64,000 nt of DNA from the human T2T-CHM13v2.0 reference genome, Homo sapiens: the NCBI RefSeq assembly GCF_009914755.1, contig NC_060937.1; one strand, 5' to 3'. Of the stretch, positions 42,875 to 57,692 are shown in pieces. A program made the position numbers and the translations under genes. Position 1 is the first letter of the stretch; the number at the start of each line of letters is the position of its first letter. The notes beneath the pieces are model-generated. The model ran no database searches and had not been told where the DNA came from. It was given only the letters and a program-made list of their open reading frames with translations.

Positions 42875-43050
42875 CCTGCAGTAAGAAAGTTGTATGTGAG
42901 GTAATGCACATATTAATTGGCTTAATTTAAGCATTTTACCATGAATATATTTCAAAACATTATGCTGTACACCATAAATTTATATGTATGTATATATATA
43001 TAAAATTTACATTTGTCAATTTAAATAATAATAATTTAAAAATAAATAAA
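42875..43050 (+). mobile_element. L1MA-type 3' end
   Basis: 'tatgtgaggtaatgcacatattaattggcttaattta...atttcaaaacattatgctgtacacc' followed by an A-rich tail. Confidence 0.75.
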
Positions 43051-45371
43051 ATTTAATCATCTATTTCTAAGTCAGTATTACCAGAACCAAATGAAACTCA
43101 TAACTGGACCATGTATGATGTCATGCATGTTTGCAGGGTCTGCCACTACGACTCAAAGATTAAACAATTATTTACATGGGTATTAAAAAGCAAATACTAA
43201 GTCTGAAATAAATGAATAACCAACCTAACAGCCTTATCTGTTGGACATTATTAGTAAGAAGGAGATGGTTGCAGGCATACAATTATTATAAAATGTAAAT
43301 ATATTATTTTAATCAGTATTTATAAGACCTCAACTATGTGTGGTAATATTAATAGAGGTGAGCAAAAGAGATAATATCTTTGTGCTTATAGCATTTTTAT
43401 ATAGTTCAATATCTGGAATATTAACCAACATATGTAGGGTCTATGAGAAAAATTCCTATGTTAAAAAAATCTAGAAATGTGTATAGAATTTGCTACGTCA
43501 GGGTGGGTATTGGTTGTAACATTACATATGTTGTTCATAGATGGTTTCTCTGAGGTCAAACTTGATAAACACAGAAAAATCAAGTCGTGAAATAAACAAG
43601 GAAACAACATTTCAAATAGAATGAACGGCAATTGTAAATGCCTCAATAAAGGAGATGACTGATCTGAGCATAGATCAGAAAGAAGATTAGTGTGGCTAGA
43701 AAAAAGTGAGAGAAAACCCGGTAATGTGTGTTTTCACAAGCCCTTCATGTGATTATAAAGCATGTCAAAATTTGATAAACATGGTTTTAACAAGATGGCA
43801 TTCTTGATGAATTAGGTAAAATTAAATGTGGGTATGTATATCTTGCAGAAGAGGGTATTCTATATAGCTAATAAACATCCAGTAAAATTTAAGAATGTTA
43901 CAGTAAAAAAAATTGGGACTCACTCCCTATTTCAGAGAAAAAGAAACCTCATAATTATAATTAGACAGGAGTTCCTGGAAAGAGCTACAACCAAGATTGT
44001 ATATAGGTAGATCATTTTGTTACTGATAAGCATCTCATAGGTCTTTTATTTCAGTAAATGAAAAGAGGTATATAGTATGTGGTGTATGATTAAAAAATGC
44101 CAAAGCTGAAAGTATTAAACAGATATTTAATGGATTAGATATTACTTAGATACACTATTTGTTCTATATGCATGCATGAATGCACAACTACCAATTTAAA
44201 ATAAATGGAAAATATTTAATTATCTTCATATATATTTGCTAATATTAGTGTATGACAATAATGTTTTTTCAGTGTGATTTTTAGGGTAAGAAAGCAAATC
44301 ACTAATAAACAAAAGTATAAATAATAGAACATCCCAATTTTCTGTGATTCCTGGCCAGAACGTATGTATTATTCTAGCATTATTGAAAATACCTTCTTTT
44401 AACTTCTGTGTCATCTCACACTTCTGATGATATTTTTAGCTCTCTAACTTCTACAATTGGTCCTTTGCTAAACTGTTTTTCTTTCAACATTTCATTGGGG
44501 TTTTTCCATGCTTAAGTCTTTCTTTTTGTATTCTTTTTAATTTTTATACACATGTTGTGACTTAATCCAACTATAAAACAACTTTTTTTGGGAACCTTAT
44601 TTTTATATTCCCATTTCAGGAACACCTTCTAAAGTTTAAAATTTATCTCCAATAATACAATAGTTACCACTTATTTATATCCACTATGTTGTGAGCAATA
44701 TCTGTATTAAGTATCTGCATTATCTCATATGAGCCTTAAATATTACAAACCTTACACAATAGTGGTATATTAGGCCTACAACTCATTGTGCTTTCCTATC
44801 AAGGAAACTTGGATTAATAATTGCATCTCTATACATTTAGTACCAGGTTTCTGGTATGCTCATTGATATTATTCTTCAGTCATCACAATTCAGATGTGAA
44901 ATATCAATAAACACACAGAAATGTCTAAGAGTGCTCTGTTTTTCTTTAGAGAGACATTTTTTATCTAGCACAGTTGTAGATATTGTCTTTTGCTATTCTA
45001 TTTACCAAATAGTTCCTTATAAGTCCTCTGTTAAAGAAGAAAACCTATTTGCTTAAGGTTAGTTATAGTAAAACTTCATGGAGAAACAAAAGATTGTAAA
45101 AAAGAAGGCATATGTTTCCCATTTCCTTTGATATTTATAACCTAGAAAATATATAATATTTGATTTAATCACAGAGTGCTAAAATATGACCCATTTGTAA
45201 TAACAAAGATTTAAAACTCAAGACAAGATAGCATCAAAACACTTTACATTGGAGACTTAAATAAATATGGTCTACTTCCCTCAACTTTGGGGATGTCATG
45301 TTGCCAAAATGTTCATATGATTGTTGTCATGTGTAAGTATAAGATTAATATTAATTGATCTATTGAAATCC

Positions 45372-45890
45372 TGTGTTATATTCAGGATGCTTGGAGCCAT
45401 GTTTCTGACTGATTTATGGCCAAAGTTGAACCATTAACTAGTGACTAATATATTCTAGGGTCTAAAACAGACAAGAGGACAGTCTATACCAACTTTCTAC
45501 ATTGTTTATGGAAAGTGTACGGACTAATAAGTTGGATCTCTTTTCAGTTATTTTCTCCTGATTTCTGTTATTGACCCTAATCTGGTAGCCTGGTGAAGGC
45601 TTATGTGTCCAGAGATGTATAAACTACTCTTCCTTATATGACCTGTGTCTTCCCTTCATCCCAGATATTTCTTATGTACATGGGTGGTTTGTGTTCCAAA
45701 TATGAAGCATGTCCTCTGTTCCTGAGAAAGAACCTTGGCAGCTTTGCCTGGAATTTTTGGGCCTTTCTTATATTTGCTTATGCTCATTTATTCTGCTGTT
45801 ATGTATCTTTTAATTTAGTAAGGTCTTATGTGAGTATATAATGTGAAGTCTCATGAGTTATTTCAATGATCCCACCTTGTGTAATGTCTG
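45372..45890 (+). mobile_element. Probable old ERVL-type LTR, family unassigned
   Basis: LTR-like 3' portion 'gagtatataatgtgaagtctcatgagt...' and composition distinct from the flanks. Confidence 0.35.
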
Positions 45891-45939
45891 CAGCCCACCA
45901 ATCTCTATTTTAATTAAGTTCCTCTAAGATTCTGAAATA

Positions 45940-46470
45940 AAGTCAGACAGAGAGGTGTATGTTGAGTACGTTGCATCTGTTGCTTATTATCAGGAGTAGA
46001 AATCGAAGCACTTCTGCACACCATATCTTCATATCAGTGTGGCCAAAAAGAACCATAATACTGTCAAGGACTGGATGGGAAAAAGCTTTAGTCTTATAGA
46101 GAATAGGCAACTTAAGATCAGTTTCAGATGTGGGCATGAGCCTCCCATGATCCGCGGGTCCCTCCTGGCAGCCTACAAAAGGCAATTGTCCAGCACACAT
46201 TTCTCTTGTGCTGCAGCAGAAGGACCTGTCTCCTCCTGACAAGAGACACATATAGCAGTGGGGTTAGTCACATGCCATATGACACAGGCTTAAGGAGAAA
46301 AAAGCCACACACATTGAGTCTAACACAGAAAAAGTTATTTCCACACAAGGTCGTAAGTTCAGCATAGGCTGTGAGAGCTCTATCACTCAGTAAAAACATG
46401 TTACAGTCGCCTGTCCTCATGTGGCTAGAGAGGGCTGAAAGACGATGCAAGTGAGAATGCATTTAACAAC
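45940..46470. mobile_element. Possible old LTR relic, unassigned
   Basis: Locally raised GC block with LTR-like texture. No family recognised. Confidence 0.25.
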
Positions 46471-48241
46471 AGTGTGGAGATGGAGATCAGAACCAAATAG
46501 TTTGATAATTTTCATGGCAATACTTACACTATTATCAGTGTAACTACTTTCCAACATGATATCCTATGTATCCAAGTTTAGCTTTCTGAATCAGACTTTT
46601 AAAATCGTTTCAATTCCTCACGCAAAGAAAATGAAACAAAAAGTATGCTCTTTGTTAGTTAACTTGTATATTAAAAGATTGTAAAAAAATTTAAAAACAA
46701 TATTCACCCTAAGTGTAAACTCAAAGGTACACTGTTGATACATTTTAGATTATATCCCGTTATTCAAAGTAAACACTGTCACCCTCATCACTGGATGGAA
46801 AGTAAGAATTCTTTAGTCTAGATGTTCCATACATACATGCATACGGAAACACACAGAAAGCTTCTAAAAATTGAACACTCATGAACTCACATGCTATACC
46901 AGATTATTATTATAAGGACAGTTTTATTCAAGGGAGATATAAATACCTTTAATTTGTATGTATTATTAGCTTTGAGATTGTTTTCTTCAAAAAACTCTTC
47001 AGGAAACATATTGCTATGTATTTTGAGTATCCAGGAATTGGCTTTAAAATATAATTTCTTTAAAAAATTATATTATATTAGTATAGGCTAGGCAAATACC
47101 CAGCATTATTATTGTTATTATTTCTGGTACGCTAATAAAAAGGACTAGGCATGGCTTTTTAAAATTTTGATATGGACTTTTCAAATTATGCAGGAACAAA
47201 TGCCAAAGTCTACCCAAAGATGTTATTTACTCAACATCACTCATAACTCTTTTCACCTTTCTTTTTTGTTTCACAGAACTAGATATTGTAAATATTTATT
47301 TTTAGTTATTCTCAAAGAGCTATTTTCATTTGCTTCAACTTCTTTGATGATACTTGGATTCAGGTGCTGGTTACACGTTTTCCAAAGTTACTACCCTAGG
47401 AAGAGAACATTATTTTTTAAACCTATATAATTTTCTCCCTTCTACATTACAAATGAACAGAAAAAATTTAGTCTCTCTTAGCTTATCGAAAATAAGTAAA
47501 AATATATCTTCCATTTATTCTCTCAACTTTATCTTCTAAGTATTTGCTGACAGCTTTTCATGAAAAATACAATCTATGAAAAAGTTGATATAGTAATTAT
47601 TAGTACTATACTTCTATTGATATATTTAAAATAAAATGCATTGCAATACCTAAAAAGAGACAGATGTCTTTTCATGATAATATTTTTATTGAATATACTT
47701 AAAATAATTTTATTCAGTAGTATCAATGGAAATAAATTAGGAATGTAGGCTACTAACATTAAAAGTATTGCATGAATCTGTATGAAGAGTTCTAAACTTA
47801 TTGTAATTTTTTATATTTGTATTTTATATATTTCTGTTGTTGTGAGTTGTAAGTTTTAATAGAGTTTGGTAAGAACACTTGATTTTAGTAAATGCAGGTT
47901 TAATCTGCCACGTATGCTGACTAGTTCCTTAACCAAAATTATAGCTGCTGCTCTATAACATCTAGACACCACTTTTCTGCAGCATTAGGTTTACATCTCT
48001 CAAATACTTGCTTTTATTTTTGTTTTAATAAAGCAATAGTTGAATTTTTTTCTCAGTCAATAATAAGAACAGTGCTTATGAGACATTCCAAATAGGTAAT
48101 ATTACTGACGATTAAAAAAATCTATCATGTTGGCATCCCCTATAAAACAATAAATGAATGAATTATTTTGAATTATTTAGCCATGTGTGAAGAAAATGAG
48201 ACTACATAGAATCAAGAAGTTTAGAGGAAGTCTAATAGTTT

Positions 48242-48365
48242 TTCCTTCCTTCCTTCCTTCCTTCCTTCCTTCCTTCCTTCCTTCCTTCCTTCCTTCTTTC
48301 CTTCCTTCCTTCCTTCCTTCCTTCCTTCCTTCCTTCCTTCCTTCCTTCCTCTCTCTCTCTCTCTC
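48242..48365. repeat. (TTCC)13-TTCT-(TTCC)13-(TC)n microsatellite; (GGAA)n on the minus strand
   Basis: Units counted directly from the sequence. Confidence 0.97.
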
Positions 48366-48490
48366 AATTCTTTCTTTTAGTGGGGTTTCCCCGTGTTAGC
48401 CAGGATGGTCTCGATCTCCTGACCTCGTGATCCGCCAGCCTCAGCCTCCCAAAGTACTGGGATTACAGGCATGAGCCACCGAGCCCAGAC
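48366..48490 (-). mobile_element. Alu left arm only (AluY/Sc-type diagnostics)
   Basis: 'gtgttagccaggatggtctcgatctcctgacctcgtgatccgcc'. TSD gaagtctaata at 48227-48237 and 48492-48502 encloses both the microsatellite and the arm. Confidence 0.9.
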
Positions 48491-49784
48491 AGAAGTCTAA
48501 TAATTTTTCTAACAAAATATTCTGGAAAAAATATTAAACCGTATAGGTTTAATGTTATTATTGATGAAGTTAAATGATTAGTATAGATTAATATAATCAT
48601 TTAAATATTTCTAGGAACTTCATTAAGTAAAATATGATAAAGAAAGAGGTAATAGCATAAATAATACAGCCAAACAAGAAATTGACATTAGGTAAAGGGA
48701 AGTACAAATTTGATGCTATAGAAATGTCTTTTGAGAAAATCAATCAAAATATAACCAATAAACCACAACAAAAAGGAAGTTAAAATATCTTACTTATAAA
48801 TTATATACAAAGAAATATGAAACTAAACAGCTTACATGAAAAATAATTAAAAGATACATCACAAGACAACTTTTTATAAACTGTTGGAAATTCTTAATAT
48901 GCAAAGAAAAGTGTGTAATATTTACTAATTAATACATATAAAGCTCAGGTAAAAAGAAGAAATATTCTAAATAATTCAGAGAATTTCAGAACAAAATTAA
49001 TTCCAACATAAAAGGGAGAAACAGAACAACAACAAAGAAATAATCCAACTTCAAAACACAAAATTTCAGAATATAACAAAGACTGTGTTTAAAATAATGA
49101 GGAGAAAAGATAGAACTGTGAATTTTATACTAGCAACGATATCATTTGCACATAATTTCAATAGAAATATATTTTGAAGTATCCAAAAACTTAGTAGATA
49201 CCTCTTTAAAATGTGTCAAGATGAAAATCACAGTACAGCAATATTTTATAGTAAAAGAGTACAGCCATTGAATTAACTGAATGACATAATTTTCATGATG
49301 TTGGAACTGATGATAGCAAAAAAAGTAATGGTAAGCATCAAATTAATTTATTCATAGACTAAAACATAATGTTATGAAAAAAGGTAATAAATTTTGTAAG
49401 AGTATAAGAATAATCTGTGAAGACAAAAATTTGTAATTTTAGTAGAAAAAAAGCAGGTGTAGAAAGGTGTAGGTTGTGAGGATTAGCTTGTATATTAATT
49501 TTTATCTTTCCATTACTTGGAATAAATAAATACCATTTTATTTCTGAATTACACGTATTGATTTATCTAGGATAAGAGCAAAATTATTTGGAGTTTAAAA
49601 CATGAAGAATAAAAACAAAATAAAACTTGAAAAAGAAAAAAATGACTTTCTACATTATTATCATAAAAAAATGAAATTTTAAGCAAAGGACCATAAAACA
49701 CCACCACTAACCACAGCATTGACAATAATAATTCATAAAATTAAAAACCACTTGGGCAGAATAAATACCAATTTTATTACTTAC

Positions 49785-49823
<39 letters not shown>
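49785..49823. repeat. (TA)n(TG)n microsatellite
   Basis: Seen directly. Confidence 0.9.
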
Positions 49824-49826
<3 letters not shown>

Positions 49827-50047
49827 CTCATCCTGGATAATAATAAAACAAAAGAATAATCTATTTGATATCTGCAAGAACAATAACATAAATTAAAAAA
49901 ATAAAGATTGATAAATGTACCACCACTAGACACATTTTAAAAAATTAGTTGTGATTAATATCTGAGATATTTAATTAAAATATAGAAACATCTTCTACAG
50001 AGACAAAATAGGACATTATTTGTTTATAGTATTGAATCATGAAAGCT

Positions 50048-50280
50048 ATTTTATTGATAAATAATATTTGTACATGTATGTGTGGTACATGTGATAGTTT
50101 GTTATATGCATAGAATGTGTAAGGATTAAGTCAGAGTATTTAGGGTATGTATCACCTCAAGCATTTATTTCTATGTGTTGTGAATACATCAAGTTTTGTC
50201 TACTAGCTATTATGAAATATACAATACATTGTTGTTAACTATAGTTACCTTATTCTACTATCAAACATTAGGACTTAGAA
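50048..50280 (-). mobile_element. L1MA-type 3' end
   Basis: 'tatttgtacatg...ggtacatgtgata...gtcagagtatttagggtatgtatcacctcaagcatttat...ttaactatagttacc'. Confidence 0.85.
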
Positions 50281-52916
50281 TCACAATACTTTGTCTTGAA
50301 ATTTTTATAAGGAATAAACACACACACACACACACACAGAGTAAAAAACTATATGTGTATAGTGCATATTCCATTTTTTCCTTGAAATAGAAAAGAGATA
50401 CAAATAAATACAGTTGCATGTAATCTCAATATATAGTAGATTTTAGATTTGTTATATACTGAAATAGATTGATATCACTTTGCAAAGAATAAATTATACA
50501 GTTATGTTTAAGTGAAACATTTTACAAAACCAAACTATGTGTTGATGCCTGAAAATATCATTAACAAATTCCAAAAAAAATCTTAATAAAATTAAATTAG
50601 AAATTAATGTATAAAAAGAAGCAAAAAATAAATATTCATATAAATCATTTAGATATTACAATAATAATTTAAATAAACCTTAAGTTAAAGATTAAATTAA
50701 AGTTATAATTCTGATGTGTTTTACAATTGAAGATAATAAAGAAGATACTTATGATAAAATATGGTCTGTGGTCAAGCTGTAACAATGGAAAATTTCAATA
50801 TTGTCTTACTACAAAGAAAATTGTTGTTTCAAATAATAAGTCAAAAATAAAGACATAAAATGTTTACACAGAATGACTGAAAATAAAATATTATAACAGG
50901 TTATAATTTTATTACTAAAATTATTTTCATTTTTTAAAATTTGTTGTGTAGTTTCAAAGGGCTTTTATAATGTGCCTGTCTTTAAAAATCATTGCTTTTG
51001 ATATTTCCATAGTTTCATATTTAAGGCATTAACAAAATATAATATTGAAACCATTTTGAAACTATATAATAAATTTTCAAATGTAACAGTAATTTCAGTA
51101 ATGAAATTTACTTCTAAAAAAAGAATTATAGTTTTTTCAAGTGATAAACCATAGTCTCAGAAAGAAGAATCTCAAGCACAAAATAAAGTTGAAAAATATT
51201 ACAAAGTAAGTCCCCATTTAGATTATGCATGACTTCTTCTCTGAATCTGTTTAATATGATCCATAATAATTTTAGAAACTATTTAAAAATCAAATATTTT
51301 TATTTTGTAGTAATAGATATTTTTCTCCTTGAGCAACTTGCTTTGCTAATCTATGAAATCACTAGATGTATACCTAAATAGATTTGTGTTGAAGATAATA
51401 ATAACATTTAAATTAAAAGAGAAACGATTAGAAAATATGTCTATAGTTATTCAATTTCCCCAGAGATAAGCAGATAATTATAATTGTAAATGTATATAAT
51501 AAGATGTTATAAATTAAATTTTGGGGGGATTAAACTTTGGAGTATAAGTCAATTATACATTAATGTATATTCTTATCCCATGCAAACCATTTATAATAAG
51601 AATATAGCATTTTATTGTGAAAAAATAAAGCTATAAATGAAGCTTATAAATAAGAATGTTGCTCTTCAGTTTATTCCTTTATAATTTTATTGGTCAAAAG
51701 TATTTTCTTAAAACTTTGTATAAACCACAAATAACATGGGTTTGTAATTTGTTTAATTCACATTTTATGGTGAAATTTTTATACAATAAGTAGCAACAAA
51801 TTCAGAGAAATAAAACATGCTTTGAATATTAAGTACAGCATTCATTTCCAATTTAGTGTATACATATATATGTACATAAACACATGTGTAATAACATGTG
51901 TACACTATTGGATATATACACAAACACACACATATACATGAACAAGGATATGCACATGTACACACCCATGTAAGCAAATCTAAAATAGACAAATTATAGC
52001 TCATATTTTTAGTTAATGTGACTTCCTTTTGTGGATTGAATTAACAATTTTACACCAATATTAATATATAATCTAATTAACATTTTCATGTGAAGTATTT
52101 TGCCAAAAAATGCTGTATTTAGAAAACAGATTATAATTATTTACAGCAAACAATAGTTCAAACCCACTTTTTGTTAGCAAAATATAATAATTATCATGGA
52201 AATGAGTTAAGAAGTAAAGCAAAATACAAATTGGCCCTAAATTACCTACTACATCTCAGTCTTTTAAAAGTAGTGATAGGAGGGGAAGGGCAATTAATAT
52301 AATGGACATATCAAAAAAAGTACTAAAAAAAAGCTAAAGCATAGTAAAAACACCACAAAAATATATTGATGAAACAAACCTGCAGTTATTGGAAGAATGT
52401 TGAATAATACCTAACCTGCAACAAAAAGAAGATTTTATTGATTTTACTCCTTCCTATCATGATTCTCTGACTTTATAAAACTGAGTTTGTGGCCTTCAGT
52501 GAATGAAGTAAAGAAATCCGATGAGAGAAAGATACGCCAGTTATTTTATTTATGTTTTTTTTGTTCTTTCTATCTTATTTTGGCCTAGAGCTTTATTTTC
52601 TCTGCTTACGAAGAACTATTGATTTAGGAAGACTAAAGGGGTCACCTGGGATGCAGGGAGAATCAGCAAGGACCTAACTGCTTAAAGCATTAGACTAGAA
52701 TTTCAAGTGAAAAGAGAGCCAGCTGGCATCACCAGGTAGGAGTTGATCCAGGATTTCATGTGGACCTTTGCTTAAACTATCTCTGAGTTGAAATTTATAA
52801 ACTCTAAGTATGACAATCATGATACAAGACAGTAAGGAATTACCAACTTTTCCTGGGTATGTCTACATAAGTGAATCATTTGAAAAAAAATATTTTCTCT
52901 TCAAGAACAAAAACTC

Positions 52917-55172
52917 TGATATGGTTTGGCTGTGTCCCCACCCAAATCTCATCTTGAATTGTAATCCCCTGTAATCCCCCTTGTGTTATGGGAGGGACCC
53001 AGTGGGAAGTGACTGGATCATGGGGGCAATTTCCTTCATGCTGTTCTTGTGATAGTGAGTGAGTTCTCACAAGATCTTATGGTTTTATAAATGTCTGGCA
53101 TTTCCCCTGACTATACTCATTCTCTCTCCTGCCACCCTGTAAAGAAGGTGCCTGCTTCTCCTTTGCCTTCCACCATGACTGTAACTTACCTGGGGCCTCC
53201 CAGCAATATGTAACTGTAAGTCCATTAAACCTCTTTCCTTCATAAATTACCTAGCCTCAGATATTTCTTCATAGCAGTGTGAGAATGGATTAACACAATA
53301 AATTGGTACTGGGAGTGTGGCATTGCTATAAGATACCTGAGAATGTGGAAGTGACTTTGGAACCAGGTTATGGGCAAAGGTTGCAACAGTTTGGAGGACT
53401 CAGAAAAACACAGAACGACATGAGGAGTTTGGAACTTCCTAGAGACTTGTTAAATGGCTTCAACCAAAATTCTAATAGTGATATGGCCAATGAAGTCCAG
53501 GTGGAGGTGGTCTCAGATACAGATGAGGAACTTCTTGAGAGCTGGAGTAAAGGACACTCTTGCTATGCTTTAGCAAAGAGACTGGTGGCATTTTGCCCTT
53601 GCCCTAGAGACCCATGGAACTTTGAGATTGAGAGAGATTATCTGAAATTGGAACTTATGTTTAAAAGGGAAGCAGAGCATAAAAATTTGGAAAATTTGCA
53701 ACCTGATAATGTGATAGAAAAGACAGACTCATTTTCTAAGAAGAAATTCAAGCTGACTGCAGAAATTTTCATCAGTAACAAGGAGCCAAATGTTAATCCA
53801 GAAACAATGGAAAAATGTCTTCATGGCATGACAGAGCTCTTCATGGCAGCCCCTCCCATCACAGATCTGGAGGTCTAGAAGGGAAAAATAGTTTTGTGGG
53901 CCGGGCCTAGGGCCTTGCTGATTTGTGCAGTCTTGGAACTTGGTGACTTGCCTCGCAGCATTGCTAAAAGGGGCCAACATACAGCTCAGGCCTTTTCTTC
54001 AGGGGGTGCAAGCCCCAATCCTTGATGGCTTATATGTGGTGTTGTTCTGCAGGTACACAGAACTCAAGAATTGAGGTATGGGAACCTCCACCTAGATTCC
54101 AGAGGATGTATGGAAATGTCTAAATGTTCAGGCAGAAGTTTGCGCAGGGGCAGAGCCCTCATGCAGAACATCTGCTAGGACAGTTTGGAGGGAAAATGTG
54201 GGGTTGGAGCCCCCATACAGAGTCCTCACAGGGGTATTGCCTAGTGGATCTGTGAGAAGAGGGCCACTGTCCTCCAGATCCCAGAATGGTAGATCCACTG
54301 ACAGCTTGCACCATGCATCCGGAAAAGCTGCAGGCACTCATAACCAGCCATGAAGGCAGCTAGGGCGAGGGGCTGTACAGAGAAAAGCTACAGGGGCAGA
54401 GCTACCTAAGGTCATGGGAGCCTGCCCTTGCATCAACCTGCCCTGGATGTATGAAATTGAGTCAAAGGGATTATTTTGGAGCTTTAACATTTAATGACTG
54501 CCTCACTGGATTTCAAACTTGCATGGGGCCTGCAGCCTCTTTGTTTTGGCCAATTTCTCCCATTTGGAATGGAAGCATCTACCCAGTGACTGTACCCCCT
54601 CTGTATCTTGGAAGCAACTAACTGGCTTTTGATTTTACAGGCTCCTAGGCAGAAGGAACTTGCCTGTCTCAGATCAAGCTTTGGCCTTGTCCTTTTGAGT
54701 TAATGCTTTAATGAGTTAAGACTTTGGGGCCTGTTGTGAAGGCATGATTGTATTTTGAAGTGTGAGAACATGAGGTGTGGAAGGGGCCAGAGGTAGAATG
54801 AAAGGGTTTGGCTGTGTCCCCACACAAATCTCATCTTGAATTGTAATCCTCATAATCCGCATGTGCTGTAGGAGGGACCTGTGGGAAGTGCTTGGATCAT
54901 GGGGGTGGTTTTCTCCCATGCTGCTCTCACCATAGTGAGTTCTCATGAGATCTGATGGTTTTATAAGCATCTGACATTTCCCTTGCTTGCACTCATCTCT
55001 CTACTGCTGCCCTTTGAAGAAGGTGCCTGCTTCTCCTTTGCCTTCCACCATGATTATAAGTGTCCTGAGGCTCCCCAGCAATGCATAACTGTGAGTCAAT
55101 TAAATTTATTTCCTTTATAAATTACCCAGTCTTGGGTATTTTTTCATACCAGTGTGAGAACAGACTAATACA
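52917..55172 (+). mobile_element. THE1 (THE1C/D-like) MaLR provirus: 5' LTR 52917-53297, internal 53298-54798, 3' LTR 54799-55172
   Basis: Two homologous LTRs (TGATATGGTTTGGCTGTGTCCCCAC...AATACA), internal start 'taaattggtact', and a purine tract before the 3' LTR. Confidence 0.95.
53303..53878 (+). pseudogene. MaLR/THE1 internal ORF remnant (191 aa open)
   Basis: IPENVEVTLE...SLELPRDLLNGF...SWSKGHSCYALAKRLVAFCPCPRD is the typical THE1/MST-int peptide. Confidence 0.8.
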
Positions 55173-57655
55173 AATGCATATATCTTAAATGTCTATTGCA
55201 ATAATAATCTCTAAATGAGTTACAAGAGAACCTTAGCACTTCTGAAAGTGGCCTCTACTTATATCTGATGACCTACCAGAGAGTGTTTGTTCCACAGATA
55301 AATCTGAAGTCATCTTTTGGGAGTTCTATCTTCTTTCTCTTTGACTTTAATGAATGGCTTAGAGAAGTCTCAGTGTTTTCATGCTCCCACAGAAGCTTGC
55401 CAAGTGTCCATGGCTATGGTTTCTCTATTCCGATATTCCCAGAGCATTCATCTCAGGCTGTCTGAGGTGTGCAAAAGTAGTTTCCACCATTTGGGCCTAA
55501 AGAAGTTCTGTCTTTGTTCAAAGTATGAGTGTCTCCTCAACATTTTGATTTGCTTTAAACATAATTACAAAGGTGATATTCAATAGGAAAAGAGCTTTTC
55601 ACAATTATATACTTTCCTTCTTTTTCTACAACTCTGATAATTCTTTCATATATACATACTCAAGAGAAGTTTTGCAGCAGCAGTCAAATCATGAGGATGT
55701 GGTGTTACATTGTGTATGTGTGTGTGTAAGGGGAAGGAGATGTGGAAATTGAATTGAATTTATTACAAGACCAGGGGAAAATATATATATATATGATGAA
55801 ATTATTTCCATTAGAATTTAATTCACTAATTTTGTTTCAATTTTGTTGTTTTCTTATGTCATGGCTTATTTTATAAAGTTATATATTAATATGATCTGTA
55901 GTTATATTTTTGAGTTGCTTAAGTTGCCACTGTTAGTCTTTTTTAATTAAAAACAAAACAAAAATTAACAGTTCTTATTTTGCTTTTATTTAGCAGCCTG
56001 CCCACTTGTGAATTACAGCCTTTAATTTCTTGAAGTATTGGAAAATAGCTAACCAAGCAAATGGGATTATGTGAAAATTGGCTATGAGTGAATAGCCTAT
56101 AAGTAAAGGTTTAATTTAAGAACTGCTAAAATTAATTTATTCTTTCTTTCTAGATGAAATTACCAAATATGGGCCTATGTGTAGAGTGTTATGAGGTGTG
56201 ATACAGTTTAAAACATTTGTCAGGTGGTATACTTTTTGAAAACTGAGATACAGAAATAAAAGGAAATAATTAAATGCTGTTTGTCAAAATACATAATTAA
56301 TTGGTGTTGGCACAAGTAAATGCTTGTTTACATTTAGTCAAAATTTATACTTAACGTTTATATATAATTTGTATTATCTTCATAGCATTAAATTATTTAA
56401 TTAATACCACATTTATTATGACCAGTAAACTTAAGACGCTTCCCTTCAGGTAGAAAGAGCCCAATGGTTATCCCATCAAACTGAGTAAGACCAATATACA
56501 TTCATACTCAGGTACACATTCTACTGTCATATCCTACAAAATAATTTGAAGTTTTACCATTACTCTTGGATTTTTTGGGGAAAATAGGTTTCAAGTATTC
56601 TCTTTTTCCCTCTCTCCAGGATTCTCTTTTATCTCCTCTTACATACATGTCTCTCAACTACTTGTAATATATTTAGAAACCTACTTTTTAGACTATTCAA
56701 ACAGACTAGGCTTTAAAAACAAAAGACATGGCAACTTGTATATACACATTCCCTCAGACAAAAAGCAGTAGGTTAAGAAATTGCCCAAATTGATTTAATA
56801 AAATAATTAATATACTCTAACAATGTTATTTTCAAATATTATTGTGTCATATTCAGATCTTAAATGACATTATCTCATATTTGAGTGGCCTCATTTTATA
56901 ATTTCTTAAACATTATTTCTAATTTTTTAAAAAAATTACTGAGCATAACTGAACATCATTTTGACAAATTGCATTAGAATAAAATTAATTTTAGGATAAT
57001 TGATATTTAGAATCTGTGTTGGCTACAATTTAAATTAATAAACTATATAACACACACATATATAAAACTTCAAGGGTAACCATGGCTTTTCTTGAATAGT
57101 ATATTTCACATAAATCAGAATACAAAAATTTTATCTTTGAGCAATTAGTTTTGAGTTCAATGGGTTTCCTGAAAACAGACTAACTTGTCAAACTAAATAA
57201 TGTTTCCTAGTACAGTGTAATTGCTTGTGTACTAGGTAACCCATTTAAATAGCAAGCTATAAAGGTTAGAGACATAAAATTTTATATTTGAAATGAGGGT
57301 GATCGTTTGAAAAGAAAATTGTTAACAATATAAATATCACTTAAAAGTCACTTCTTAAAACATTGTGAGACATCTTTTCCTTGGCCAATAAATATTTCTT
57401 AACTAGGTAAAGAGGAGAATTTTTTTTGGAAACTATTGTTTCTGTTTCTTCTCCTATGGGTTTCTGTTCAAAACAATGACAGAATTAAGTCTTATTTACT
57501 GTCTCTCCCTATTCATTTCTACTATAATGTACAGAAATGATACTAGACATGACATTGTCAACTGTGAAATATCTATGGTTCCAGCACAACCATTAGCTTA
57601 GGTTCATTTTCATATATGCTTTCTTTCTTTCATATTACATTCTTTAAATGTGCAA

Positions 57656-57692
57656 GTGTGTGTGTGTGTGCACACGCACGTGCACGCATGTG
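57656..57692. repeat. (TG)n followed by an alternating purine-pyrimidine tract (Z-DNA prone)
   Basis: gtgtgtgtgtgtgtgcacacgcacgtgcacgcatgtg. Confidence 0.75.

Noticed and set aside
48187-48399. ORF with (PSFL)n repeats
   Set aside because: It is the translation of the TTCC microsatellite.
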